A DNA stretch of 64,000 nucleotides from a virus. The notes under the pieces were generated by a model. The model saw nothing but the letters and a program-made list of their open reading frames with translations. It ran no database searches and was not told where the DNA came from. The DNA lies in the IMG/VR virus record IMGVR_UViG_3300030110_004304, positions 27,346-91,345 of that record; one strand, given 5' to 3'. Shown here piece by piece: positions 37,530 to 47,229 of the stretch. A program made the translations under genes and the position numbers. Each line of letters begins with the position of its first letter. The first letter of the stretch is position 1.

Positions 37530-38063
37530 TTAATAGTAATTTTTGGCTCTATTTTCGCCATCATCTATAGTCTTATAAAAATCTAAGTCTATATCTTTTA
37601 TTCTTTTTAGATTTTCTCTTTGCATAAGTCGTACCCATCTAATTTCTTCTTTAGAACTATCAGTACCTAAATTAGCCATTAGAGAAGCATTCATATGTAA
37701 AAGAACATCGATTTTAAATCTTTTAAGCTTATCCATTTTTTGTTTTTTTAAAGTTAAGTTATAACAATGAATTTCATCTCTTCCTAAATCTTCCCACTTA
37801 TATTGAGGGATTTTACCGAAGTCATCTTCATTATCATAATAAGAAATTGTTTTACCTCCAAAGTAAATTTCGCATTTCATTCCTATTCTTCTAGGACGAT
37901 CTGCCAGTATTTCTAATAAAATTTCTTTGTATAAAGATCTAGCATAATCTATTTCTAAACAAAACATATTAGAAATTTCTTTTATAGACTTTCCGTAGTT
38001 TACAGCTTCTCTTAATATTTTTCTCTTACTTTTTGTAAGATCACCATTTAATAGTTGTACCAT
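37530..38063 (-). CDS. Hypothetical protein
   Basis: 177-aa ORF overlapping the ung stop; possible internal start (MDKLK) after an A-rich tract. Confidence 0.6.
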   Translation of the reverse strand: MVQLLNGDLTKSKRKILREAVNYGKSIKEISNMFCLEIDYARSLYKEILLEILADRPRRIGMKCEIYFGGKTISYYDNEDDFGKIPQYKWEDLGRDEIHCYNLTLKKQKMDKLKRFKIDVLLHMNASLMANLGTDSSKEEIRWVRLMQRENLKRIKDIDLDFYKTIDDGENRAKNYY

Positions 38064-38727
38064 ATTTTTCGTTTAGTATTTTATCTGCTTCTGTAAAATT
38101 AGAGCATGTCCAATCTCTGTTACCCTGTCTTACTGCATACGCTGGATGTTCTGCAGTTAATACATGCATATTTTCACTAAGATGAGGTGCAAATGCTTTT
38201 GCATGTCCTCCCCATAGCATAAATACTATACCAGGATGATAGTCATTAATAGCAGTTAATACTGCAGAAGTGAATTTTTTCCATTGTTTAGTATGGCTTC
38301 CTGGCTTACCTGCTCTAACAGTTAAAGCTGTGTTTAACAGTAATACTCCTTGATTAGCCCAGTCTTCTAGAGTAAAATCAAAATCCAAACAAAGTCCGCC
38401 ATAGTATTCTTTTTCTATAAGACTGTGAATCTTTAAAATGGATCTACTACGAAGATTAGTGTTTACATTATTTGCAAATGCCATTCCATTTGCATCTCCA
38501 TTATAATATGGATCCTGTCCTAAAATAACAATTTTTAAATCATCCCAGGGACAGGCTTTAAAGGCTTTGAAAACATCTTTCTTCTCAGGATATACTGTAT
38601 TAAGAGCATATTCTGTTTGTAAAAATTCCATTAGTTTTTGCATATAAGGATCTTTTAAAGTATCCCTAAGCTTAAGTGCCCAACCTTCTCCCAGTTTGTT
38701 CACCCAAAATTGTTTGTTTAGTGTCAA
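38041..38727 (-). CDS. ung: Uracil-DNA glycosylase, family 1
   Basis: VILGQDPY, WANQGVLLLNTALTV, FMLWG, HP motifs. Confidence 0.95.
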   Translation of the reverse strand: MTLNKQFWVNKLGEGWALKLRDTLKDPYMQKLMEFLQTEYALNTVYPEKKDVFKAFKACPWDDLKIVILGQDPYYNGDANGMAFANNVNTNLRSRSILKIHSLIEKEYYGGLCLDFDFTLEDWANQGVLLLNTALTVRAGKPGSHTKQWKKFTSAVLTAINDYHPGIVFMLWGGHAKAFAPHLSENMHVLTAEHPAYAVRQGNRDWTCSNFTEADKILNEKYGTTIKW

Positions 38728-39587
38728 AATATATATCTAATTTTATTCCAAGGAATTATTCTATTGTGAACTTCCTTAAATTGGTTAATAAATTTTCTTT
38801 TTAGAGGAATCTTATATCTAAGATTTTTACCTCCGTATTGAGAAGTTTTATGCTCCTGAATCTCAGAAGTCCATAAATCATCTTCAGCTCTAGGATTATA
38901 TACTAAATTATAATCATGACGTTTTTGATTGTGTGTTAAGAATATGCACTCTGCAAGTACAGCATCTTTATAATCTACATAATCATTCATCATATGAAAT
39001 ATAAATTCATAATCTTTAAGCCAGCCATCATATACTATAATAGGGCTGTAGTTAACATGTACATCATATCCTGCTTCTATAAAAACATTGATAGCTTTTA
39101 TTCTATCTATAATTTTAGTAGTACCAGGTTCATGTATAGATGACATATGTTGCGGCATAAGACTAAATCTAACTCTTACTTTGCCCTGTGGGTTAAAATC
39201 AAGCAGTTTAGGATTTACATATTTTGTAGCAAACGTAGCCATAGCTACAGGATGTTCTACAAAAAATTGAAATATTCTTTGCCAATCATAATACTTAGCA
39301 TGAAGAGCAAAGTCTTCGTTACAGCTAATATCATAAGTCATATATGTACTATGTGTTTGGTTAGGTTTTTTAACGTCTGCATAAAAATATGCATGATCAT
39401 TAATTTGTGTAAGTATGTCTCCAATGTTTGTTGCTACATCTAAGCCTTCTGGTTTGTGGCGTTTCATATAACAGTACGAGCAATTATATAAACAACCATA
39501 ACCAAAACTAGGGGTAATGTAATCGCTACTTCTCAAAGACTCTCTAATTGTAAAAGTCTTTCTAGTAACTTTATTTAGTTTCATCAT
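38724..39587 (-). CDS. Spore photoproduct lyase-like radical SAM protein
   Basis: GCLYNCSYCY (CxxxCxxC), ISCNED, FATKYVN..LL, RVRFSL and RIKAIN...AGY match the SplB family layout. Confidence 0.8.
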   Translation of the reverse strand: MMKLNKVTRKTFTIRESLRSSDYITPSFGYGCLYNCSYCYMKRHKPEGLDVATNIGDILTQINDHAYFYADVKKPNQTHSTYMTYDISCNEDFALHAKYYDWQRIFQFFVEHPVAMATFATKYVNPKLLDFNPQGKVRVRFSLMPQHMSSIHEPGTTKIIDRIKAINVFIEAGYDVHVNYSPIIVYDGWLKDYEFIFHMMNDYVDYKDAVLAECIFLTHNQKRHDYNLVYNPRAEDDLWTSEIQEHKTSQYGGKNLRYKIPLKRKFINQFKEVHNRIIPWNKIRYIF

Positions 39588-39891
39588 ATAATTTTTTTAA
39601 TATTTCGTGCCCTCCTTCTTCGTGCTCAATTTCTCCTAACATAGATCCAAATACTTCATTTTCTTCTTCAAGTCTTAAAACCTCATCTCTCATCATGTCA
39701 TATAAATCATAAGTTATTTGGCAATCAGTGTATTTTTCACTCATATCTAAATACTTCTTTATCCAAGTTTTATTTGCTTCATAAAGCTTGTTACATCTAT
39801 TATTCAGATTATAGTTGAGTAAAAATAATGTTACACTTATAATACACACTACATAAAACGGCCTCCTAAATCGGTCCTGTGTTGTCTTCAT
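39571..39891 (-). CDS. Hypothetical membrane-anchored coiled-coil protein
   Basis: N-terminal TM segment; overlaps both neighbours in the operon. Confidence 0.6.
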   Translation of the reverse strand: MKTTQDRFRRPFYVVCIISVTLFLLNYNLNNRCNKLYEANKTWIKKYLDMSEKYTDCQITYDLYDMMRDEVLRLEEENEVFGSMLGEIEHEEGGHEILKKLYDETK

Positions 39892-40075
39892 CTTTTTTAA
39901 AATTTATATTACTATCTGCTACATGTTCGTTATAACTTGCTTCTGAATTTGCACATGCTTCTAAATCAGATAAAAATTCGTCTACATTTTTAGCTACCCA
40001 ATTAGGAACATCAGAAACATATTCTTCTTTTCCATTATCCCAAGTTATTTTAATTGTCCAGTGTTCTACTCTCAT
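39866..40075 (-). CDS. Hypothetical protein
   Basis: In operon, A-rich start context. Confidence 0.6.
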   Translation of the reverse strand: MRVEHWTIKITWDNGKEEYVSDVPNWVAKNVDEFLSDLEACANSEASYNEHVADSNINFKKDEDNTGPI

Positions 40076-40085
40076 AATTTATTTT

Positions 40086-40385
40086 TTATTCCATTAAACC
40101 TATTGGTGCTACTACAATATTTCCTACTAGAAAATCATCAACCATACTACTGGCTATTTGATTATGGTGTAAGTGTCTGAGTTTACCTTCTTCATTTATT
40201 ATTAAGTCGTACTTACCGCATCTAGACTTTCTAATTTCTATATATCCACCAACAGCTTCTTGTAAATTGTCTAAGTCTAAATCCTTTGTAAAAGGAGTTA
40301 TAGTAGAAACTAATTCTTTTCCGTCAGTAAGACTTACTTCTATAAGAACAGGTGAATCTAAAACTAATCTTTCTTCGTGTTTCAT
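40086..40385 (-). CDS. DUF3846-like protein
   Basis: LQEAVGGYIE...NEEGK...N..AS...LVGNIVV. Confidence 0.8.
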   Translation of the reverse strand: MKHEERLVLDSPVLIEVSLTDGKELVSTITPFTKDLDLDNLQEAVGGYIEIRKSRCGKYDLIINEEGKLRHLHHNQIASSMVDDFLVGNIVVAPIGLME

Positions 40386-40400
40386 GGTAATTGTTTTAAA

Positions 40401-40432
40401 AGTGTGAAAGTACTTTAAAATACTCCCACACT
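40401..40432 (-). terminator. Hairpin / weak terminator
   Basis: Minus strand AGTGTGGGAGTA...TACTTTCACACT followed by TTT. Confidence 0.4.
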
Positions 40433-40439
40433 AAGTTAG

Positions 40440-40598
40440 TTATTGTTTTTTAAATGCTAAAAAGAACTCTCTCACCGCAAAACCTGCAGCAAAGAAAGCA
40501 TAATTTATACTCCCATTAATAAAGAGTGCTAGGCCTATACCACCGATAGCGGCAGACTTAAACCAAGACTTGTTTACGATTTCTATAATCTTATCCAT
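40440..40598 (-). CDS. 52-aa two-TM small membrane protein (not in ORF track)
   Basis: MDKIIEIVNKSWFKSAAIGGIGLALFINGSINYAFFAAGFAVREFFLAFKKQ*; start overlaps the upstream stop. Confidence 0.7.
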   Translation of the reverse strand: MDKIIEIVNKSWFKSAAIGGIGLALFINGSINYAFFAAGFAVREFFLAFKKQ

Positions 40599-40875
40599 GT
40601 TTATTGTTTTTTTTATTTAGATATTTTTCTTTTACTTCCTCTATATAAACTTCTTCAGGATCGAGGAATCTGAATCCTGGTTTAGAGTCTTTACCTAAAA
40701 GCCAAGAAATAGTATTTTCTAAAGACCAAGAGTAATAAGCTATAAAAGCTTCTCCATAAACATGTATATACATATCATGTTTACCTCTATTTTTTCTCAT
40801 GAATCTGTCATACCTTTTCATTACTCTAGGAGACATTTTACCTTCTTCGACTTCAATGTGTATTTTATCTGCCAT
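40591..40875 (-). CDS. Hypothetical protein
   Basis: In operon. Confidence 0.6.
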   Translation of the reverse strand: MADKIHIEVEEGKMSPRVMKRYDRFMRKNRGKHDMYIHVYGEAFIAYYSWSLENTISWLLGKDSKPGFRFLDPEEVYIEEVKEKYLNKKNNKHG

Positions 40876-40903
40876 AAATTTATAAATTTTTAAGAGGAAG
40901 AGT

Positions 40904-41515
40904 TTATAATTGTTCTTCCTCTAGTGGTTCGATTTTTGGTTTCTTTCTTAATTGTTTAAATATTTCGAGACAAAGCTCTTCTTTCTTTGGTTCCAATATT
41001 GACCATACTTCTTGATCCAATAAATCAGCATCTAGTCTACTTTCCCAGGATTCTTTTAGAGCTTGTGATTTGCTCAAAATCAAAGGAATAGTACTAGCTT
41101 GCCCATTATTTGGATGGAAAAAATTATTTTGAAGTATAGCTTTTTTGCCATCAGGACTTATTTTTGAATACTCGCCATTCATTACTAATAAATAATCTGC
41201 CTTAAATTTATCAGGTATAGAATAGACTATGACTAAAGAATCCTCTCTGTCATAGTCATCCACATAATTATCGAAAGCAGTTACTGTATCATAAAAACAT
41301 TGAAAATCAATGTCTTGATAATAATCTACAAGCACAAAAACAAAACCTTCTTGATATTCCGATATAGTACAGTCACTTGTATAGGCATTTACAAACCTAT
41401 TATTTAAGACTGTTTTTCCAAAACTATTCTTAACATGACATGTAAAAATAGACTTTGGAATATCTAGTAAAGGAAAAAGAAAGGTTGCCGTTTTAGTATA
41501 CTTGAGCTTCCCCAT
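40904..41515 (-). CDS. Conserved crAss-like hypothetical protein
   Basis: T..FLFPLL, FVNAY, GEYSKIS and EVWS motifs; follows the exonuclease gene. Confidence 0.6.
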   Translation of the reverse strand: MGKLKYTKTATFLFPLLDIPKSIFTCHVKNSFGKTVLNNRFVNAYTSDCTISEYQEGFVFVLVDYYQDIDFQCFYDTVTAFDNYVDDYDREDSLVIVYSIPDKFKADYLLVMNGEYSKISPDGKKAILQNNFFHPNNGQASTIPLILSKSQALKESWESRLDADLLDQEVWSILEPKKEELCLEIFKQLRKKPKIEPLEEEQL

Positions 41516-41518
41516 AAT

Positions 41519-42529
41519 TTAAACAGTTAACTCTACACAGTGCGACTCATAATATTCCATAGGGTAATCCCACTTATCGTTTTCTGTATGAAATTTATAT
41601 CTTTTCATAGCTTGATGAAATCCTTCTACAACTTTATTGTTGCTCAGAGTTCCACCATTTAAACCAATTTGTAAAATTTTAGAATTAGAGCTATAAACTA
41701 AAGGTTTATTTATAGAATCTTTTTCCGCAACAAACCATTTAAAATTATTTATGTGATAATTATTTAAGTTAGTACCAGTTATAGATTGCTCTAAAGCAAA
41801 ATGATACACAGCTGCTTGAAAATCATAACGATATTTCCATAAAGAATAAGGAAAACCGTATACAGTATTCGCAGTAGTTTTAACATCTATAGGTGTGATA
41901 GTTTGTAGCTTATGATTAATAAAAACTAAATCTAACTCACATTTCATAGGAATACTCTCAAACTCAAATTCAATAACCTTTTTCTTAATCAATTCCATAT
42001 GTGATTCTTTAGGTTTTAAATATTTTGAAATATAAGAGTCTGACATTAAAGAAGCATGAGTAGTAACAGCCTTATAATAATCTTCACTAGATATTACTGT
42101 TTTACCAGCACTATCTATTAAATTTTCTAAATAAGTCTGTCCCTGTTCTATTACTTTGTTAATTCTAGTATCTTCTTTCCAAGATTGGCCATAGTTTACA
42201 AAACCACATGCCCTTACAATACTATCTTTACAATCTTCTAGCTTGACAATAAACTCACGGGCTTCCATATGCTCATCATAAACATAGTCCACAACAGTCT
42301 TAATAGTATCACTAACTGCTGATTCTCCCATGATATAAAACTTATCAGTAAACTCTGTGTCTTCAGTTACTAAATGATCAACAGCACTCCCAAATACAAA
42401 ATGAGGGGCTATTGTTCTTTCTTCTGTCATATATCTTTCTTGTGCCCTTATAAATGATCCTGGGCTCTTTAGGATCTCTTTTAACAAACTTTGATTTAAT
42501 TTTTCAATAGTCCGATATTCTATTTCCAT
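41519..42529 (-). CDS. PD-(D/E)xK exonuclease, RecE/exonuclease VIII-like
   Basis: LNQSLLK, FGSAVD, KCELD, IDVKTT, YDFQAAVY. Confidence 0.85.
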   Translation of the reverse strand: MEIEYRTIEKLNQSLLKEILKSPGSFIRAQERYMTEERTIAPHFVFGSAVDHLVTEDTEFTDKFYIMGESAVSDTIKTVVDYVYDEHMEAREFIVKLEDCKDSIVRACGFVNYGQSWKEDTRINKVIEQGQTYLENLIDSAGKTVISSEDYYKAVTTHASLMSDSYISKYLKPKESHMELIKKKVIEFEFESIPMKCELDLVFINHKLQTITPIDVKTTANTVYGFPYSLWKYRYDFQAAVYHFALEQSITGTNLNNYHINNFKWFVAEKDSINKPLVYSSNSKILQIGLNGGTLSNNKVVEGFHQAMKRYKFHTENDKWDYPMEYYESHCVELTV

Positions 42530-43019
42530 CTTTTATAGTTTTAATATTATACACTAATTTTCTTTCTTTTAGAGTTTTAACGGGCCTAAACTCGTAAGTA
42601 CTCTTACTAATATAATCTACGGTATCATCCGGAATGAGATTCTTTTTAATTAACATATCATCTAAAGCTTTAAGCCAGACTAATGCTAAATTACCTATAT
42701 CCCAATTTGCACGGTAACCCTCCGCAGGGGGTTTCCAATTAACCCTCCTTTTTCCTGTCTTTCTATCTCGTAAAGACTTTACATTTCCATAATTCAGCGG
42801 AGCATAAACAATTAGATGTGTCTCAATAGGAGTATCTATAGTTAAATTATTAGGTATATGCTTCTCGATATAACCGTGTAGAGCCGCCACGAAAGCAGCT
42901 CTTACGGTAAAATGAGATGAGGCATATATTTTATTATAACCAATTTTTATCCATTTGTTTTTACTCTGAGGAATATGTGTTATAAATTCAGGAAATTCTA
43001 GTTTTATTTCACTTACCAT
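42504..43019 (-). CDS. RusA-like Holliday junction resolvase
   Basis: DIGNL...KALDDML...IPDD resembles the RusA D-x-x-N...K...D...DD motif. Confidence 0.65.
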   Translation of the reverse strand: MVSEIKLEFPEFITHIPQSKNKWIKIGYNKIYASSHFTVRAAFVAALHGYIEKHIPNNLTIDTPIETHLIVYAPLNYGNVKSLRDRKTGKRRVNWKPPAEGYRANWDIGNLALVWLKALDDMLIKKNLIPDDTVDYISKSTYEFRPVKTLKERKLVYNIKTIKDGNRISDY

Positions 43020-44480
43020 TTATATATCCTTAATCCTTCCCTTAGTAACAATAGTCATTTCTACTAAACTAGAGCGAAGATCAGATACTAAGCTAGTATA
43101 TTTAGCAAAATCTATATCAGGAGGAAGTATGTCTTGTTTTCTAGAATACGTAAACTTGGAAGTATCTAAAAGATCTTCAAGTTGCTTTTGATTATATTCA
43201 TAGTATCCTAAATCTAATAATTCATACTCAAATGGGATAACATTCCTATCATCATCATATTCTATTACTGAAACAGGAACATACTCACAACATCTAAGTT
43301 TTCCAGAATCTGCATAAGGACATGCTACTACATTCATAGGATTAATTAAAACACCTAAACCATGCTCTCCAAAGTAACCTCCTTTTAGCCATTCTGAATT
43401 AGCAGCATGAAGTCCTCTAGAACAAGTAGCATCTGCATTAGAATCACATTGTTGTCTAGGAATAGCTACTGGATCTCCCAATCTAATAGTCATCCTGCCT
43501 GAATATCCATCAGTATATATAGTAGCATCCGGATTATCTAAATCCGATAAAGCATCATACATAGCTTGAACATTACCCAGACAAACATGTCCCTTGTAAG
43601 GATCTTGAGTATCATCTAAATTATTATAAGTAGTTACAGATTTAGTAGGAACAGCTTCAATAGAATCTGCTAATCCACTTTCTACAAGCATTTGAGCTAT
43701 TAAAGGACTATCAGGAATTTCTACTACTTTTTCGTCACTACCTATAGAAGAAGCAAACTTCTTGTGTTTGTGTACTGAATAGTATTTATCTATTTCATCA
43801 GTAGGAAACCCATCTTGCATTATATACTTTGCATAAAAAGCATAATCATTAGGATCTTTCTTCTCAGCCTTTAATTTAACCCATTCCTGAGCAATAGCCT
43901 GATTCTCTTTTAAATTACCCTCTTGTTTAAGATTAACATTTCTATATGCTACAAAACATCCAGAAGGAGTCACTGTCATTTTATTCTTTTTCAAGAAACC
44001 ATATAAATCTTCTCTACATCTAGTATTAGGATTTAAAACACATAGTTTCCAAAAATTAGATAAAGCAGAAAACATTTCAGAAGATTTTAAATCTGCTTTA
44101 CGTTGGTAATTATAAACTAACTCTGAAGCTAAGAATTGAGGTATAGGAATATCAATGCCTTTCATAAAAATTTGAGAACCCAAAACTCTAAAAATAGGAT
44201 CATTTTTACAATTCTTCATAAAGTCCACTAAATCTGCATTATATTCTGCTTCTTTTTTAACCTCTTCAAACTCTTCTTGCATTTGTTTTTCTTGAGCAGT
44301 TATCTTAGGAACAAATATTTCTTTTATTTCTTCTACTGCTTCAACATCTCCCTCTTTAACATTTAGAATCTGCTCATAAATATTGATTAATTCTAAATCA
44401 TCATTAAAAGTTCGTTGAAATAACTCTCCTCCAATATTGCATATTATAGTATTGCCTACTTTAGTTGTTTGTATATTCAT
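43020..44480 (-). CDS. rIIB: rIIB-like protein
   Basis: LYGFL...TPSGCFVAYR, CSRGLH, INPMNVV, GKLRCCEY. Confidence 0.85.
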   Translation of the reverse strand: MNIQTTKVGNTIICNIGGELFQRTFNDDLELINIYEQILNVKEGDVEAVEEIKEIFVPKITAQEKQMQEEFEEVKKEAEYNADLVDFMKNCKNDPIFRVLGSQIFMKGIDIPIPQFLASELVYNYQRKADLKSSEMFSALSNFWKLCVLNPNTRCREDLYGFLKKNKMTVTPSGCFVAYRNVNLKQEGNLKENQAIAQEWVKLKAEKKDPNDYAFYAKYIMQDGFPTDEIDKYYSVHKHKKFASSIGSDEKVVEIPDSPLIAQMLVESGLADSIEAVPTKSVTTYNNLDDTQDPYKGHVCLGNVQAMYDALSDLDNPDATIYTDGYSGRMTIRLGDPVAIPRQQCDSNADATCSRGLHAANSEWLKGGYFGEHGLGVLINPMNVVACPYADSGKLRCCEYVPVSVIEYDDDRNVIPFEYELLDLGYYEYNQKQLEDLLDTSKFTYSRKQDILPPDIDFAKYTSLVSDLRSSLVEMTIVTKGRIKDI

Positions 44481-44715
44481 CGCTGTCGTTTTTTAATCTA
44501 ATTAAATTTTGAGTACCCCACCATCTGTTTATAGCTATTCTTAAAGGAGGTAGGCCTTTGTCTATACTCCATTGGTCTTTCCTTTTAAAATGTATAGCTC
44601 TTGGTGTTAACTTTACTACTGTTTCTACATAAAGCTCACTATGCATTGCCCTAAGAACTTTATCTCCAGGGCGTATTTCTTTACCGAAATAGTCGGTATG
44701 TTCGTTTGTTGTCAT
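44461..44715 (-). CDS. Small hypothetical protein (SH3/KOW-like) between rIIA and rIIB
   Basis: DYFGKEIRPGDKV...VVKLTP. Confidence 0.6.
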   Translation of the reverse strand: MTTNEHTDYFGKEIRPGDKVLRAMHSELYVETVVKLTPRAIHFKRKDQWSIDKGLPPLRIAINRWWGTQNLIRLKNDSDEYTNN

Positions 44716-44721
44716 TTTTTA

Positions 44722-47229
44722 TTAATTTAATTGTTTTTCTTCAACAAATGTATGTTCATCTGTCGTCTCATCGTTTCGATTGTCTTTTAACCAAGATACT
44801 TCCTCATTGTTAAACATAACATAGTAATAAGAATTTATTCTTTTAAAGCCTTTTATATTTCGAAGCCCTTTATTATGATTTCTTATATATCTGGCAATAT
44901 GTAAATAAGGAAAATCTTCTGTATTTTTCCAAGTTAAATAATGTAATATTTCCAACCCTTTAAAATATTGCTGAACGTTTTTTACTTTATCTAAAAATTC
45001 ATCATCAAAGAGATTCTTTTCACAAGCTACTCTATAGCAACTATCCATAAAATCCTGATCAATATTATAATCACGAACTTTATTTTTAATACGATATTCA
45101 TTTATAAACTCTAAATCCTTTCCTAAAGGTTCATAGATTTTATTCCACAACTCGTAATACTTACTATACTTATCTATCAAATCTCTTGCTTCTCTAAGAT
45201 TTTTATCTTCTTTGAGTTTTCTTATAGACATAGCTCTACTAAAAACCTTATTATTCTTACTCATAAAATTATCTATTGTTATTGTATTAGGTAAATCATT
45301 AAAATATTTCAAATTGGTAGGAGCAACAGTATATACTATCACACGTCCCTTCATATCTGTTCTACTTCTAGGCAAATTAATAGCAGTTGTTTCATGATAA
45401 TATAAAGCTATGGTTTGTAACTTTTCTCTATTTTCATATGTTCCTACTATTTTAAGAGGCTTAACACATTGATCAATCTTATATTTTATAAGCTCTGTCC
45501 TATGCCAGCTATAATTATTACCTTGAACATAATATTCTAATAATTGCTTAGCTACAATTTTACTTCTATCTATAGTTTTACGAGCACCATAAGTGTTAGC
45601 TATCCAAGTTTTATCTACGACTACTCTATCATAAGACTTTGTTCTTTTCAACATAGCTTTAGTAATAGTATCTTGGTAAAGCTTAATCTTAGATCTCCAA
45701 TTTGCTCTATCGTCCCAATCTAAATTGAGCCACTTAACATATGTTGTCAATTTTATAGAATATTTAGGTTTACGTCTTATTAAATATACGTCTTCATCAT
45801 TTTCTAACTCATACCTAATATACTTACTCTTTCTAGCAACTGTATTATCTTTAACTCTGTAAACATTCTTGTCTCCATGAGTCATTAAATAAGTAACATT
45901 GTTACCTGCTTTTCTAAGACCGTGACCACCTATATAATGATCACAACTATAGTCAAAGAAAGGATAAGTAGGAATTGGCAAACGAGTTTCCTGAAAAGGT
46001 TTAAACGTAAACCAAGGTAGTTTGTCTTTAAACTTTTCTTCTGGATATAATTCAGATAAGTCAAAACTAACTCCTTCATATTCTAAAGTAGGAGAGGAAT
46101 CTTCAACATCCATATAATACAATAAATCCTCAGTTTCTAATTCTTTATCGTTTTCCCACCTTTGTTCAAACTCTGCTATTAAAAGTTTAATCTTATCTCT
46201 AATAGCTTTTTTAGTTCTAGGAGTATACTTTACATCTTCTCTAGTCTGAATAATATCTAATTCACCTATTTCAAATCGTAAAGCCACAGGAAAGTCATAT
46301 TCTTTAACTTCAGAAATATTATCCCAGTCAATAGGATAAGCAACTTTACCTAAACATAAATGAAGTCCTTTAAATGGAGAATTTAGATCATTCTTCATCC
46401 AATTAGTACCTCTTATTATTTTGTAATCATTTGATAAAGGCTGATCTCTTTCATAGCTAGCTGTATAACTATATCTCCTTCTTGCAGGAATCATCAACAT
46501 ATCTCCTCTAAAATATACATTATCAAAATAGACTAATTGCTTTTTACATTCTTCAATAAATCTTTCTTTATCGTTACTATCTTCTTTTCTATCCTCTTTG
46601 ATATATATTTTAATCTCAGTCCCATTTCTTTCAGAAGTAGGATTTTGAGAAAATAAATCTAATCTAGGTTGCTTTTCTCCTTTTCTTAAGAGATAAATAT
46701 ATTCTATATTATTATACCTAGTTCTAATATGCACTACGTCACTATAAGACAGACCGGATTTAGAACCAATTCCAAAAGCACCTATAACATTGTTAGATTC
46801 TTCTTTAGTAGAACTTAAATAGCTACAAAATACATCTGTAACTCTTTCTTCAGATAAACCAACTCCGAAATCTTCAGTACTCCAATAATAACCAGTAGAG
46901 TCTTTAGATATAGTAACTACTACAGCATCGTCATCAAAGACATTTAATTGTCTTTTTAGAGTATTTAATTCTTGATCAGTTGATTTATGATAAATACTAT
47001 ATTCATTTCTTATAGCATGTAAATCATTGTTTTTTATGAACTCTGCTTCAGCATGAGCGTCAAAGGAATTACTTACATATTCTCTTACAATAGCCCCTAT
47101 AGGATTCTTGTAAGGATTTTGTAATAAATCCCACAACTTATGAATATTTTCTTCGCTAATTTTAGCATCTTGACCCTTGAGAGCCATATTGGATTCATAA
47201 GCTAATTGATTATTTCTTTGTAACTTCAT
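44722..47229 (-). CDS. rIIA: rIIA-like protein with an N-terminal GHKL ATPase
   Basis: YKNPIGAIVREYVSNSFDAH, EDFGVGL, STK, IGAFGIGSKS, NGTEI, FEIGELDI...RE. Confidence 0.9.
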   Translation of the reverse strand: MKLQRNNQLAYESNMALKGQDAKISEENIHKLWDLLQNPYKNPIGAIVREYVSNSFDAHAEAEFIKNNDLHAIRNEYSIYHKSTDQELNTLKRQLNVFDDDAVVVTISKDSTGYYWSTEDFGVGLSEERVTDVFCSYLSSTKEESNNVIGAFGIGSKSGLSYSDVVHIRTRYNNIEYIYLLRKGEKQPRLDLFSQNPTSERNGTEIKIYIKEDRKEDSNDKERFIEECKKQLVYFDNVYFRGDMLMIPARRRYSYTASYERDQPLSNDYKIIRGTNWMKNDLNSPFKGLHLCLGKVAYPIDWDNISEVKEYDFPVALRFEIGELDIIQTREDVKYTPRTKKAIRDKIKLLIAEFEQRWENDKELETEDLLYYMDVEDSSPTLEYEGVSFDLSELYPEEKFKDKLPWFTFKPFQETRLPIPTYPFFDYSCDHYIGGHGLRKAGNNVTYLMTHGDKNVYRVKDNTVARKSKYIRYELENDEDVYLIRRKPKYSIKLTTYVKWLNLDWDDRANWRSKIKLYQDTITKAMLKRTKSYDRVVVDKTWIANTYGARKTIDRSKIVAKQLLEYYVQGNNYSWHRTELIKYKIDQCVKPLKIVGTYENREKLQTIALYYHETTAINLPRSRTDMKGRVIVYTVAPTNLKYFNDLPNTITIDNFMSKNNKVFSRAMSIRKLKEDKNLREARDLIDKYSKYYELWNKIYEPLGKDLEFINEYRIKNKVRDYNIDQDFMDSCYRVACEKNLFDDEFLDKVKNVQQYFKGLEILHYLTWKNTEDFPYLHIARYIRNHNKGLRNIKGFKRINSYYYVMFNNEEVSWLKDNRNDETTDEHTFVEEKQLN

